Positions 49,607-60,095 of a stretch of 64,000 nucleotides of DNA are shown piece by piece. Location of the stretch: positions 4,066,339 to 4,130,338 of the forward strand of contig OY782882.1 of the NCBI GenBank assembly GCA_963678485.1, read 5' to 3'. The stretch's first letter is position 1. Each line of letters opens with the position of its first letter. The notes beneath the pieces were generated by a model. The model was not told the DNA's origin, made no database searches, and saw only the letters and a program-made list of their open reading frames with translations. Both the position numbers and the translations under genes were made by a program. Source of the stretch: Bacteroidales bacterium (GTDB lineage: Bacteria > Bacteroidota > Bacteroidia > Bacteroidales > CAIWKO01).

Positions 49607-52051
49607 ATGAAAACGATATTTACGATAATGATGGTTCTGCTTACCGGAATGAGTAGCATATATGCGCAATTGCCTTCACCCAATGCCAGGATTGCTGGCG
49701 GCGGTGGCACTATTCGCGGGAAAGTCCGTGATGCACAATCCGGGCAAATGATGGAATATGCAAATATCGTATTATTAAACGAAAAAGATTCATCGATGGT
49801 TGATGGATGTATTACTGCGATTGATGGAACGTTCGAATTAAAGAATATTCCTTTTGGAAATTACATATTATCAGTACAGTTTGTCGGATATACCAAGAAA
49901 AATCTTCAAGGAATCACGCTGAATAAGGAATCCAATGTGAAAGATCTTGGATTAATCGAACTAAGTATTTCTTCGAGTAATCTTGCCGGTGTTGAAATTA
50001 GCTCAGAGCAAAAAACCATTGATTTTAAAATCGATAAAAAGGTTGTGAATGTAAACAAGGATATTGTTGCCTCCACCGGTTCTGCTGTAGATGTGTTGCG
50101 TAATGTGCCTTCGGTGCAGGTTGATGCCGAAGGAAATGTTACTGTTCGCGGCAGTTCAAATTTTACTGTCCTTATTAACGGCCGGCAGGTTAGTCAGGCT
50201 GCAAATGATGTATTAAAACAAACTCCGGCCTCCACCATTGAGAATATCGAAATCATCACTAATCCTTCAGCCAAGTATGATCCGGATGGAACTGCAGGTA
50301 TTCTCAATATTATTTTAAAGAAAAATCGTGGTGATGGAATGAGTGGTTTGATCAATGCATCCTATGGCACATTCGAAAAATATTCAACCGATGCTCAGCT
50401 TAGCGTGAAAACAGGCAAATTCAATATATATGCTGGCGCAGAATATAAAAATCGTTTGGACAAGGTTACTCAAAATATCGAGAAAACCTGGTTCACAAAC
50501 GACACAGGATACAACACATTTTCCAGAGTTGATCAGCGTTATCAACCATGGCATTATAAAGTGAATTTAGGAGCCGACTGGAGTATTGATAAAAACAATA
50601 CACTCAGTGCCACGGGAACATATTTTCGTCAGGATTTTATTATCGAATCGCCCGTAAGCTATCACATCTTTTCAGAACCTTCCACGACTGAAACCTGGAA
50701 GAAAATCACCAATGATCTGTTGCTGAAACATCATTGGACTGAAGGAACGCTGAATTATGTTCATACATTTAAGAAACCCGGTCATAGCCTTTCTATCAAC
50801 GGTACATACAATGCATGGAGAGGGGATAAGAGCGATGAACAATTGAGTTCAATTACCGATGGCGAATGGGTGGCCATCTCTACCGAATCGCAGCGTCGTC
50901 GTTTTTGGGACAATGGAAGTTCAAGAATATCGGGCGATATCGATTATACTTTGCCTGTAAATGACCATATAACAATTGAAGCTGGCTATTCAGGAGATAT
51001 CACATCATTTAACTCTAAATATAATGTAGATAATTTTGATCCGGATTTGAATAGCTGGGTTACCGATAGTAGTTTGTCCAATACGGTTGATTTTGATTAT
51101 ATGATTCATGCCGTTTATGGGACCATGAGTGGTGAGGTTTGGGGATTGGGCTATCAATTGGGCTTACGTGGTGAATATTTTAAGCGCGATTTAATCACTG
51201 CTGTTCCAGATACCAATTACGCAATGGAGATTTGGAGTCTGTTCCCAACGTTTCACGTAAGCAAGAGCTTTAAGAAAGGTCATCAGTTGATGTTTAGTTA
51301 TAGTAGGCGTGTAAACCGTCCATCAGTTATGGAATTAAATCCTTTGCCATATTTTAGCGATGAGTATTTAGTACATCGCGGGAATCCTGCACTACGTCCG
51401 GAGTACACGAATTCATTTGAACTATCCTATCAGAAAACATTTGGAGAATCCTTCATTTCATTCGGGACATATTATCGTTCAACTGAGGATAAAATGGCGC
51501 AGATCATTTATATCCATGAAGGTCAAACCCAACTCACCAATAAGAACGTTACCCGAGATTGGGCTAGTGGAGTAGAGCTCATGGCCAATTTAAGCATTAA
51601 AAAGTTTTTCCGCTTGAATGTAAGTTTTGATGGTTTCTATTATCAGCTCGTGGGCGATGAATCGGCGGGAATTATGTCGCGGAATATTGTCTCTGCAAAT
51701 GTCGGTCTGAATCCAACATTCATCTTTAAATCTGGAACAACTATACAGATACAATCAATGTATAATGCACCCAGTGTTGATCCGATTGGTGATATGAAAG
51801 GATTTTTTATGATTAATGCAGCAGTGAAGCAAAACTTCCTGAAAGGAAAACTCAGCCTGACATTAAGCGCTAATAATCTGTTTAATCTTGCTAAGTACAG
51901 TTATTTGGACGAGAATCCACAGTATCGTCATCATTTTGATTACATCCCTGAAGGGAATGTATTTAACATCGGCATCAGTTATCGAATAAATAATTATGCA
52001 CGTAGGGCGTCAGCACGACAAGGCAATGGCGCCATCGACGTTGGTTTTTAA
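49607..52051 (+). CDS. TonB-dependent receptor-like outer-membrane protein with an N-terminal carboxypeptidase-regulatory-like domain
   Basis: There is a signal peptide. A CarbopepD_reg-like segment is present. The plug region is VDVLRNVPSVQVDAEGNVTVRGS. There is a long beta-barrel ending in a C-terminal Phe. Confidence 0.7.
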   Translation: MKTIFTIMMVLLTGMSSIYAQLPSPNARIAGGGGTIRGKVRDAQSGQMMEYANIVLLNEKDSSMVDGCITAIDGTFELKNIPFGNYILSVQFVGYTKKNLQGITLNKESNVKDLGLIELSISSSNLAGVEISSEQKTIDFKIDKKVVNVNKDIVASTGSAVDVLRNVPSVQVDAEGNVTVRGSSNFTVLINGRQVSQAANDVLKQTPASTIENIEIITNPSAKYDPDGTAGILNIILKKNRGDGMSGLINASYGTFEKYSTDAQLSVKTGKFNIYAGAEYKNRLDKVTQNIEKTWFTNDTGYNTFSRVDQRYQPWHYKVNLGADWSIDKNNTLSATGTYFRQDFIIESPVSYHIFSEPSTTETWKKITNDLLLKHHWTEGTLNYVHTFKKPGHSLSINGTYNAWRGDKSDEQLSSITDGEWVAISTESQRRRFWDNGSSRISGDIDYTLPVNDHITIEAGYSGDITSFNSKYNVDNFDPDLNSWVTDSSLSNTVDFDYMIHAVYGTMSGEVWGLGYQLGLRGEYFKRDLITAVPDTNYAMEIWSLFPTFHVSKSFKKGHQLMFSYSRRVNRPSVMELNPLPYFSDEYLVHRGNPALRPEYTNSFELSYQKTFGESFISFGTYYRSTEDKMAQIIYIHEGQTQLTNKNVTRDWASGVELMANLSIKKFFRLNVSFDGFYYQLVGDESAGIMSRNIVSANVGLNPTFIFKSGTTIQIQSMYNAPSVDPIGDMKGFFMINAAVKQNFLKGKLSLTLSANNLFNLAKYSYLDENPQYRHHFDYIPEGNVFNIGISYRINNYARRASARQGNGAIDVGF

Positions 52052-52340
52052 GCCTTGTCAACATCGTTCTTTATATCGGAGACCTCTTGAATAAACCCTG
52101 ACATCACGCCCAAGCTGGTTGATCAGGCAAAGCTAAACACACACACATGCTTTTTCGATTATTTTTGGTTAGATAATTCGTAATGCCTGAGGGCAGTGGT
52201 GTCGGGGAGTTCAGAGGGTATAACAGTCTATTAACATTGTGTTTTTTAAAAAAAAGTACTTTTGTAATAGAAACGCATTGTGTTTTATCCGAATTAAAGA
52301 TAAGCCCGCGAATCACGGAAACTCAACCAATAAAAAATAA

Positions 52341-54275
52341 ATGCTAATTTTACAACCAATGAAAAGATTATTTATCTCAATGCAGTTGATTATTATGGCA
52401 ACAGTATCGTTGTTTGCACAAGGGAATCAGGGCTCGAAGGTGCCAGATTATTCCATGACCGAGCGTAAGGATATTCCTGTAGCATATACATGGAAACTTG
52501 AGGATATGTACGCAAACATGGATGTGTGGAAAACAGATAAACAGCGCCTTGTTGATATGGCATCAAGAATTGATGTCCTTGGTAAAGACTGGACAGCAGA
52601 TGCTACAAAGATGCTGGCATTTCTGAAACTCTCCGATGATATTTCCATGCTTGGTGAAAAGCTCTATTGCTATGTTTCACTACAGAGCACCGGAGACCTC
52701 AGCAATACCGAGTATCTCGGATTGAAAGGTGAAATGGGAGCCTTTTTCGTTGATTTAGGTTCACGTCTTTCTTTTGTTAATGAAGACATCTTAAAATTAG
52801 GTCAGGAAAAATTCTCTGCATATCTTAAGCAGGAGCCGGGTTTGAAAACCTATGCTTTTGGCATTGAGCAGGTACTTCGGGTGAAAGATCATATTCTTCC
52901 TTCCAATGAGCAGAAAATTGTTTCGCTTAGTGGATTGTTTTCCGGTGCGGCTGGTGAAGCAGCAAATGTGCTCAGCAATGTAGAACTTCCTGCACCTGAT
53001 GTTACGCTTACCGATGGCACCAAAGTTACTTTGAATGTTGCCAATTACATGAAATATCGTGGTTCCAAGGTTGCCGCTGATCGCAGCATTGTGATGCATG
53101 CTTTCTGGAACAATTACAAAAAGTTTGAAAATACTTTTGCCGCATTACTGAATGGTGAAATCAAAGCTCATTACTTCGCTGCCACTGTTGCAAAATATCC
53201 TACCTGTCTGCAAGCCTCTCTGGATGCAAACAATATCGATACTAAAGTCTACACTCAATTGATTGCTTCTGTGAATGCACATTTGAGTTCGCTGCACCGC
53301 TATCTTAAACTGAAGCAACAATTACTGGGTTTGCAGAAATACAGTTATGATGATATTTATGCTTCGGCTGTGAAATCAGTAAATAAGGTATACACCTACG
53401 ATGAAGCTGTTGCGCTTATCGAAGAAGCAATGAAACCTTTGGGTGATGATTATGTAAATGTTCTGAAGAGAGGATTTAGCGAACGTTGGGTGGATATCTA
53501 TCCTAATAAAAGCAAAGAAAGTGGTGCTTTCAGCATGGGTGTATATGGTGTGCATCCGTATGTAAAAATGAACTATGACGGGGAATACAATGCTGTAAGT
53601 ACATTAGCTCACGAATTGGGTCACTCCATGCATTCATATTATTCAAGCAAGACTCAGCCTTATGCAACGAATGATTATGCTACTTTCCTTGCTGAGATTG
53701 CATCGACCTTTAATGAGAATATGCTCATGCATCAATTGCTGAAAACCGAGACCGATGATATGTACAAGTTATTTATCCTCGATCGTTATTTGGATGGCGT
53801 ACGCGGCACTATCTTCCGTCAGACTTTATTTGCTGAATTTGAATTAGCCATGCATACGCGTGTTGAAGAAGGTCAAACACTGACCGCTGATTGGCTGGAT
53901 GCAAAATATCTTGAACTGACCCGCAAATATTATGGTGATGATTTAGGTGTATGCAAGGTAGATGATTACATTCAACAAGAGTGGAGTTATATTCCTCATT
54001 TTTACATGAACTATTATGTTTACCAATATGCAACCGGATTGATTGCATCAATGGCATTAAGCGAAAAGGTACTATCTGGTGATGTTGCCGCACGCGACAA
54101 GTATATTACTTTCCTTTCAGCAGGAAGTAGTGATTATCCATTGAATATTCTGAAGAATGCAGGAGTTGATATGACCACCTCTACCTCCACAGATGCGGCA
54201 TTCCAGAATTTCGACAATCTGGTATCAGAAATGGAAAAGATCGTGGAGCGTTTGAAGAAAGCAGGAAAATTGTAA
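52341..54275 (+). CDS. pepF: M3-family oligoendopeptidase (PepF-like), secreted
   Basis: The HELGHSMH zinc motif is present. Length is 644 aa. The likely start is at MKRLFISMQ..., at about 52359, with a signal peptide. Confidence 0.75.
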   Translation: MLILQPMKRLFISMQLIIMATVSLFAQGNQGSKVPDYSMTERKDIPVAYTWKLEDMYANMDVWKTDKQRLVDMASRIDVLGKDWTADATKMLAFLKLSDDISMLGEKLYCYVSLQSTGDLSNTEYLGLKGEMGAFFVDLGSRLSFVNEDILKLGQEKFSAYLKQEPGLKTYAFGIEQVLRVKDHILPSNEQKIVSLSGLFSGAAGEAANVLSNVELPAPDVTLTDGTKVTLNVANYMKYRGSKVAADRSIVMHAFWNNYKKFENTFAALLNGEIKAHYFAATVAKYPTCLQASLDANNIDTKVYTQLIASVNAHLSSLHRYLKLKQQLLGLQKYSYDDIYASAVKSVNKVYTYDEAVALIEEAMKPLGDDYVNVLKRGFSERWVDIYPNKSKESGAFSMGVYGVHPYVKMNYDGEYNAVSTLAHELGHSMHSYYSSKTQPYATNDYATFLAEIASTFNENMLMHQLLKTETDDMYKLFILDRYLDGVRGTIFRQTLFAEFELAMHTRVEEGQTLTADWLDAKYLELTRKYYGDDLGVCKVDDYIQQEWSYIPHFYMNYYVYQYATGLIASMALSEKVLSGDVAARDKYITFLSAGSSDYPLNILKNAGVDMTTSTSTDAAFQNFDNLVSEMEKIVERLKKAGKL

Positions 54276-54296
54276 GATGTTATTTGTATTGATGAC

Positions 54297-54325
54297 GGGC
54301 CGCCCGAGAGGGCGGCTCTTTTTTT
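54297..54325 (+). terminator. Intrinsic terminator after pepF
   Basis: The hairpin GCCGCCC-gaga-GGGCGGC is followed by a T7 run. Confidence 0.7.
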
Positions 54326-54960
54326 CTCTCTCATTTCGTATCTCTCTCCTCTGTTCTTTGATCTGTCTTTTCTCTCTCATTTCGTATTTCGCTATTCTGT
54401 TCTCTGATCTGTCCTTTCTCTCTCATTTCGTATCTCGCTACTCTGTTCTCTAATCTGTCCTTTCTCTCTCATTTCGTATCTCGCTACTCTGTTCTCTGAT
54501 CTGTCTTTTCTCTCTAATCTCGTATCTCGCTACTCTGTTCTCTGATCTGTCTTTTCTCTCTCATTTCGTATCTCGCTCCTCTGTTCTCTGATCTGTCTTT
54601 TCTCTCTCATTTCGTATCTCGCTACTCTGTTCTCTGATCTGTCTTTTCTCTCTCATTTCGTATCTCGCTATTCTGTTCTCTGATCTGTCCATTCTCTCTC
54701 ATTTCGTATTTCGCTAATCTGTTCTCTGATCTGTCCTTTCTCTCTAATCTCGTATTTCGCTACTCTGTTCTCTGATCTGTCCTTTCTCTCTCATCTCGTA
54801 TCTCGCTACTCTGTTCTCTGATCTGTCTTTTCTCTCTCATTTCGTATCTCGCTACTCTGTTCTCTGATCTGTCTTTTCTCTCTCATTTCGTATCTCGCTA
54901 CTCTGTTCTCTGATCTGTCTTTTCTCTCTCATTTCGTATCTCGCTATTCTGTTCTCTAAT
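54325..54960 (+). repeat. Tandem array (~14 copies) of a 46-bp pyrimidine-rich unit, TCTCTCTCATTTCGTATCTCGCTACTCTGTTCTCTGATCTGTCTTT
   Basis: The period is 46 bp with a few point variants. The array is capped by inverted partial copies at 54971-55010 and 55065-55105. Two further units (55540-55640) and an inverted copy (55644-55683) lie on the other side of the gene at 55123-55497. Confidence 0.85.
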
Positions 54961-55122
54961 CTAATTTTTAAATCAGAGAACAGAAAAACGAAATTAGAGA
55001 TACGAGATGTGCAAGGAAGAAAGGCAGAATAGGCTTTTATGTTTGTTGCCGTGATTAGGCTAATAAATCAGAGAACAGAGAAACGAAATTAGAGATACGA
55101 GATGTCCTGCAACGGAGTTTTT

Positions 55123-55497
55123 TTACCTAAGATTCTCTTGATCTCTGTTTTTTACTGCAGTATTGACACTGGCAACAAAAATTGCAATCAATTCATTGTT
55201 CTCCGCAATGCTCTTCTCAAAGGTTCTATTCGGGGTTATTAGATTGGCCTTTTGTAAAATTTGAAGGCAAATATGGGTTTCTCTTAACTCTTTTAGAACC
55301 ACTTTGATTTTGTGGATGAAGTCATTTCTTGATTCACTGCTCTGACTTTCAGCAAAGTTAAGTGATACAGCTGTGCCGGATCTTACAAGTTGACCTGAAA
55401 GGTGATTGCCCGCTTTGGTAGGCTTAATCTTTTCTGAGAGTTCAATAATTCCTACGGAAAAGCTGATAAGCCTCTCCTCTGTTTTTTGTTTTTCCAT
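55123..55497 (-). CDS. Four-helix-bundle protein (23S rRNA intervening-sequence protein family)
   Basis: The ORF is 124 aa with the family pattern ...GQLVRSGTAVSLNFAESQS..S..DFI.K..V.LKELRET..CL.I. Confidence 0.6.
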   Translation of the reverse strand: MEKQKTEERLISFSVGIIELSEKIKPTKAGNHLSGQLVRSGTAVSLNFAESQSSESRNDFIHKIKVVLKELRETHICLQILQKANLITPNRTFEKSIAENNELIAIFVASVNTAVKNRDQENLR

Positions 55498-55711
55498 GAT
55501 TTTGTTTTTTGTTTTGTTTTCATTTTTTTTCTCTGTGCTTTTCTGTCTTTTCTCTCTAATCTCGTATCTCGCTTCTCTGTTCTCTGATCTGTCTTTTCTC
55601 TCTCATTTCGTATCTCGCTATTCTGTTCTCTAATCTAATTTTTAAATCAGAGAACAGAAAAACGAAATTAGAGATACGAGATGTCAGTACTCCAATTACC
55701 AGTGATTAGCC

Positions 55712-57058
55712 CTACTCCGTAATTACCCGAACCTCAGTCCGGCGGTTCTTTGCTTTGTTGGCATCGGTGGTATTCTCCACCAGCGGCATTTTCTCCCCAT
55801 AGCCCTTGGCAAGCACCCGGTTGGATGCGATACCTTTGTCGGTGAGGTATTTTTTTACTGCGTCAGCGCGACGTTGAGATAAAACCATATTATGTGAATC
55901 ATCACCATCACTATCTGTATGGCCGGCGAGTTCAACTTTCATATTTGGATCAGATTTCAGGCTATTGTATAATTGATCCAGCGCAGGATAAGAGGCAGGT
56001 TTGAGATCCCATTTATCGGTATCAAAGTAAACATTTTCCAGTGTGTAAGTGCGGATATAGTCTTCAACCACTTTTATGCGGACCATGCAGTCGAACTCAG
56101 AAAGTTTTGAGTCGAGAGGTAATTCAAGTTTTAGATTGAAGCTTTTTCCAAATTTCTCAACCACCACGTCATAGGTTTTATGCTGCTCTACGTAAGTGTT
56201 GCATTTGCCTTCAATATCGGTTTCTCCCGTATACAGCACAGTTCCGTTTAGTTTTAGTTTTATCACTGCAGTGCCTTCTGCAACGCCAATGTCATCGGTT
56301 ACAATGAAATTTACTTTACATTTACCGGCATTGGGGTCGTTTGTATTTTGTGTGGCTGCAGCACCCAACGAAATTTCGAAAATGGTTTTATCGGCCAGCG
56401 GAACAGTAAGTGTAGAGCCATAGTCATTACCCCCGGATTTTGTTTTTAATGATACAATGAGCCCTTGCTTCAGCATCACAACCACCTCCCCAGCAGCATT
56501 ACTGGTGTAATCTCCAATCTTCTCACCGCTTGCTTTGAATAAGCTTATAAGTTGTCCTGCCAATGGCACATTATCCTTGCCTTTCAACGCAACTTTAACT
56601 TCACAGTTCTTTGTTCCGGCTGGAACCACAGCACTTTGGCCCTGATCCGTAAGAATCTTGCACGTTGTACTGAAATATGCAGCTGTAGCATCGGTGCTTA
56701 TTGGTACATCGAAATACCAGTCCTGCCCACTCTCAACGAAGAATACCGAATAGGTGACGCCTCTTTTTAGTTTCGTCTTAAAATCCCCATTAGCATCAGT
56801 TTTCCCTGCTGCAGCAACGGTTTTGTCCGGATTAAATACTTGCAGACTTTTCAATGCAATCACCTTGTCAGACTTATCTTTAAGTTTGATTGTTGTGAGA
56901 ATATACTCGTCATTAACACCGACCTGAGCACTCAGGGCAAAGGAGACCATAATCAGGAAAAAGCTGAAGAATGTTTTCATAATGAAGTATTTTTTCTGGG
57001 TTAAAGATACGAAAACAGCGGTTGACGTAAAATACAAACGATAATATTTAATTAACAT
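55712..57058 (-). CDS. OmpA-family outer-membrane/peptidoglycan-associated protein with N-terminal Ig/CarbopepD-like repeats
   Basis: The C-terminal OmpA_C-like domain has NVYFDTDKWDL...LAGHTDSDG...NMVLSQRRADAV. The likely start is the internal Met MKTFFSFFLIMVSFALSAQ, at about 56980. Confidence 0.7.
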   Translation of the reverse strand: MLIKYYRLYFTSTAVFVSLTQKKYFIMKTFFSFFLIMVSFALSAQVGVNDEYILTTIKLKDKSDKVIALKSLQVFNPDKTVAAAGKTDANGDFKTKLKRGVTYSVFFVESGQDWYFDVPISTDATAAYFSTTCKILTDQGQSAVVPAGTKNCEVKVALKGKDNVPLAGQLISLFKASGEKIGDYTSNAAGEVVVMLKQGLIVSLKTKSGGNDYGSTLTVPLADKTIFEISLGAAATQNTNDPNAGKCKVNFIVTDDIGVAEGTAVIKLKLNGTVLYTGETDIEGKCNTYVEQHKTYDVVVEKFGKSFNLKLELPLDSKLSEFDCMVRIKVVEDYIRTYTLENVYFDTDKWDLKPASYPALDQLYNSLKSDPNMKVELAGHTDSDGDDSHNMVLSQRRADAVKKYLTDKGIASNRVLAKGYGEKMPLVENTTDANKAKNRRTEVRVITE

Positions 57059-58547
57059 TACTGGGCAGGCTGAATTTTGTGGGGCTATTTACTTTAGTAA
57101 ATTGTGTTATATTATATATGCCCGGAATGTGAATTGTACTTTTTGTCGAATAGTTGGATTTGAGTTCATTGCCAACGATGTCTGCGCCGAAAGCAAAGGA
57201 TGATTCACAATCAAGATATATGATTTTATCACAGTGATCAAGCACATCTGAAGGCACCATTTGCAAACTATTCACTGCATAGATATGGTCATTAAGTAGC
57301 AATTCTTTGGTATGTGAATAATCTGCAAATGCAATGTTGTTATAATGGTAACAGAATTCTAATGAAGAGTAATCAGGGCTAATAATTACTGCATCTTTGG
57401 TTTGTCGTAAACTCTTAATTTTTTCAACAACATCTTTAATATTACGATTATTAGAAGGGGCAGGATCAAAAAATAAACACATTACCAAAAGGGGAACAAT
57501 GGCCAAGGTCGTTGCAAGGATTTTCTTTAATGGCAATAATTCGAAAAAACCTGTAAGGACAAGATAAAGTGCTGGTGATGTAAAAAGGAGATAGCGATCG
57601 AGAAAGATGGGGATAAAAAAAGATATTGCAAACATTCCAATCCAAGGGATTAAAAAAAATAGTAAAACAATAATCCATGCTTTATGATTTCTAAGATTGA
57701 CAATGAATTCGCGATATTTCTTGTTGATGATTATAATCAATAGACCTATGCCTCCAACAGCAATAAACGCTAAAGTAACCCAACGTGAATTCAGAAATCG
57801 GTTTATATTACCGTAAAGTTCGCTCCATTGTGGTGGTCTTACCCAAGTACCTCCGGACGATACGATGAAACGATTATAAGCGATAATTATATTGGGAATG
57901 TATGCGATAATGAGAAGTGCAAAAGATAGTAGTACGGACTTCCAAAAATATTTCCGCCAGGGAAAGGCAACAAGAATGAATAACTGAACTAATACAGGAA
58001 TCCAACCGAAATAATGGGAATACACGAGAAGGATATTGTTTAGAAGCAACCAGACAAAGGTAATTTTCTTTTCAGGAGAACCCGTTATCGAAAGCAATAG
58101 GTAAATATTCCAAATTGAAAGAAGAACAAACAAAGGGTACACTCTTGCTTCGTGCGAAAAATATATCTGCATCGTAGATATGGTAAATACACTTGTTGCC
58201 AAAATCGCAGCACGTTGGGACAAGAATTTTGCTCCGGTATAAAATAAAATACCAGCAGCCATTGAACTAAAGATAACTGAAGGTAAACGAACAGACAATG
58301 TATTGATGCCGAAAAGTTTGATCCAGTAATGGAGAATAATAAAGTGGAGTGGAGGATTGTTCTCTGTTTTGAGCATATTAAATAGCGAACTTAAATCATG
58401 TTGTGCCCACCATATACTAAATGGTTCATCCATGGCAACATCGTTCCTATTAATGAACAATAAGCGCAGTATAAGGTTTACTACAATAAAAAGAATTACA
58501 CCAATAATCCACTGTTTTTTTGTGAATGTTGGTGTCGCTATTTTCAT
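57048..58547 (-). CDS. GT39/ArnT-like (dolichyl-phosphate-mannose-protein-mannosyltransferase-type) integral-membrane glycosyltransferase
   Basis: It has about 11 TM helices. The first-loop acidic motif is VAMDEPFSIWWAQ. A C-terminal soluble domain is present. Confidence 0.5.
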   Translation of the reverse strand: MKIATPTFTKKQWIIGVILFIVVNLILRLLFINRNDVAMDEPFSIWWAQHDLSSLFNMLKTENNPPLHFIILHYWIKLFGINTLSVRLPSVIFSSMAAGILFYTGAKFLSQRAAILATSVFTISTMQIYFSHEARVYPLFVLLSIWNIYLLLSITGSPEKKITFVWLLLNNILLVYSHYFGWIPVLVQLFILVAFPWRKYFWKSVLLSFALLIIAYIPNIIIAYNRFIVSSGGTWVRPPQWSELYGNINRFLNSRWVTLAFIAVGGIGLLIIIINKKYREFIVNLRNHKAWIIVLLFFLIPWIGMFAISFFIPIFLDRYLLFTSPALYLVLTGFFELLPLKKILATTLAIVPLLVMCLFFDPAPSNNRNIKDVVEKIKSLRQTKDAVIISPDYSSLEFCYHYNNIAFADYSHTKELLLNDHIYAVNSLQMVPSDVLDHCDKIIYLDCESSFAFGADIVGNELKSNYSTKSTIHIPGIYNITQFTKVNSPTKFSLPSNVN

Positions 58548-58592
58548 TCTTCGATTTTGGCTAAAATTATTGATAGAGATAGTCTTTAGAGT

Positions 58593-60095
58593 TTACTCAA
58601 CAACTATTTTTTGCACCCAGCGATTTCCTTCTGAAAGTGTCTCAAGAAAATACATGCCTCTAGACAATTGAGAAATATCAATACTTATATTGTCATTGCT
58701 GCCATTATTTTTTAGCTGTTGAATACAGATTCCTTGAATATTATATATTTTGATTAGGATATCTGTGTGGGGTGTGTCAGAAAAGTATAACTGGATTGCA
58801 TCATGTGCAGGATTTGGGTATACCTGCATTATTGAAGCATCGTGCATTGATGGACTATTATCGATGCCAATAGTATAAATGCATGTTGTATCAGAACTAT
58901 AATTGGGGCGCATTTTAATAACATAAAGGTTCGTGTTAGACGGACCCATTTCTGTGGTGGTGCCAAGAATTAAGTATCCATCATCAGAAGTTTGAAATGC
59001 ATTATAAGCCATCTCATCTCCAAGTGATCCCAGGGTACTTCCAAATTTATGATTATTCCATTCACCCATAATATTGATGGTAATATCGTTTCCACCACTT
59101 CCTGCACCATCAGTATAACCGCTAATAATATATTGTAAAGAATCGTTTAGTTCTACATGATTGGCGACGTCATTTCCAGGTCCAATATTCCAGAATTCAG
59201 GCATTTTCCAGACGAAATTCATATTCGAATCAATGCGCATTAACCAAACATCTTTGTTTATTGCACCATAACTGCGAGTATAGCCTACAAACACGAAGCC
59301 TTTATCAGGTAAGGCTTTGAATGAATTAATCTGATCATCCAAAGTGTCTCCATAGAAATGCGACCATAATGTATCGCCCAGAGAATTGTACTTGATTACC
59401 CAGCCATCCGATCCGCCTTTTCCAAAACTCCTGGTATTGGCTGAAACCCAGTAATTGCTGTCGGCGGACAAATCGCAGTCGACAGCAAAATCAAGACTGT
59501 CGCCACCTAAAGTCCGCGTCCAGACTGTATCTCCAATGGCGCTGAATTTTGCTATATAGATGTCAGCATCTCCTTGACCATAGCTGTATGTCTTGCCCAC
59601 CACCAGATAGCCTGAATCTGGCGTATTCATTATTGCTTCACCAAAGTCCCAATCGGTGCCACCCAGCTGTTGTTCCCATTGAACCTCTCCAAGTGAGTCG
59701 GTCTTTAATATCATAAGATCATAACCTTGCAGCGCTGAACGGTAGGTGTAGCCTGCAATTACGAATCCTTTGTCGGGAGTCCGTTTGAAATCATTTCCCC
59801 ACCGCAAGGTAGTATCAGCAATACGCTTTTCCCAACGGATGATTCCCAGACTGTCAGTTCTTATCAAATGAATACTGGTGTTTCCAACGATTCCGTTTTC
59901 ATTCGCCAGAAAAATGTATCCGTGATCCTCAAGTTGAATAACACCCCGGCCTTCGTTATATACGCTCTCACCGTAGGTGCGCTGCCATTTCAATGGAAGC
60001 TGTGCGGTAACGCTGGCAAGACCAATAAAAAGTCCTATTATAGATATTGTCAGACGTTTCATATTATAGTTTTTGATATAAAGTGAATACGCCAC
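58593..60095 (-). CDS. Secreted repeat (propeller-like) protein with a type IX secretion C-terminal sorting domain
   Basis: The likely start is at MKRLTISIIGLFIGLASVTAQ. There are ~50-aa repeats. The C-terminal sorting domain is MQVYPNPAHDAIQLYF. Confidence 0.5.
   Translation of the reverse strand: MAYSLYIKNYNMKRLTISIIGLFIGLASVTAQLPLKWQRTYGESVYNEGRGVIQLEDHGYIFLANENGIVGNTSIHLIRTDSLGIIRWEKRIADTTLRWGNDFKRTPDKGFVIAGYTYRSALQGYDLMILKTDSLGEVQWEQQLGGTDWDFGEAIMNTPDSGYLVVGKTYSYGQGDADIYIAKFSAIGDTVWTRTLGGDSLDFAVDCDLSADSNYWVSANTRSFGKGGSDGWVIKYNSLGDTLWSHFYGDTLDDQINSFKALPDKGFVFVGYTRSYGAINKDVWLMRIDSNMNFVWKMPEFWNIGPGNDVANHVELNDSLQYIISGYTDGAGSGGNDITINIMGEWNNHKFGSTLGSLGDEMAYNAFQTSDDGYLILGTTTEMGPSNTNLYVIKMRPNYSSDTTCIYTIGIDNSPSMHDASIMQVYPNPAHDAIQLYFSDTPHTDILIKIYNIQGICIQQLKNNGSNDNISIDISQLSRGMYFLETLSEGNRWVQKIVVE

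Noticed and set aside
55406-55633. 75-aa ORF of FSLFS-type composition
   Set aside because: It is a translation of the CT-rich 46-bp repeat units and their poly-T spacer.
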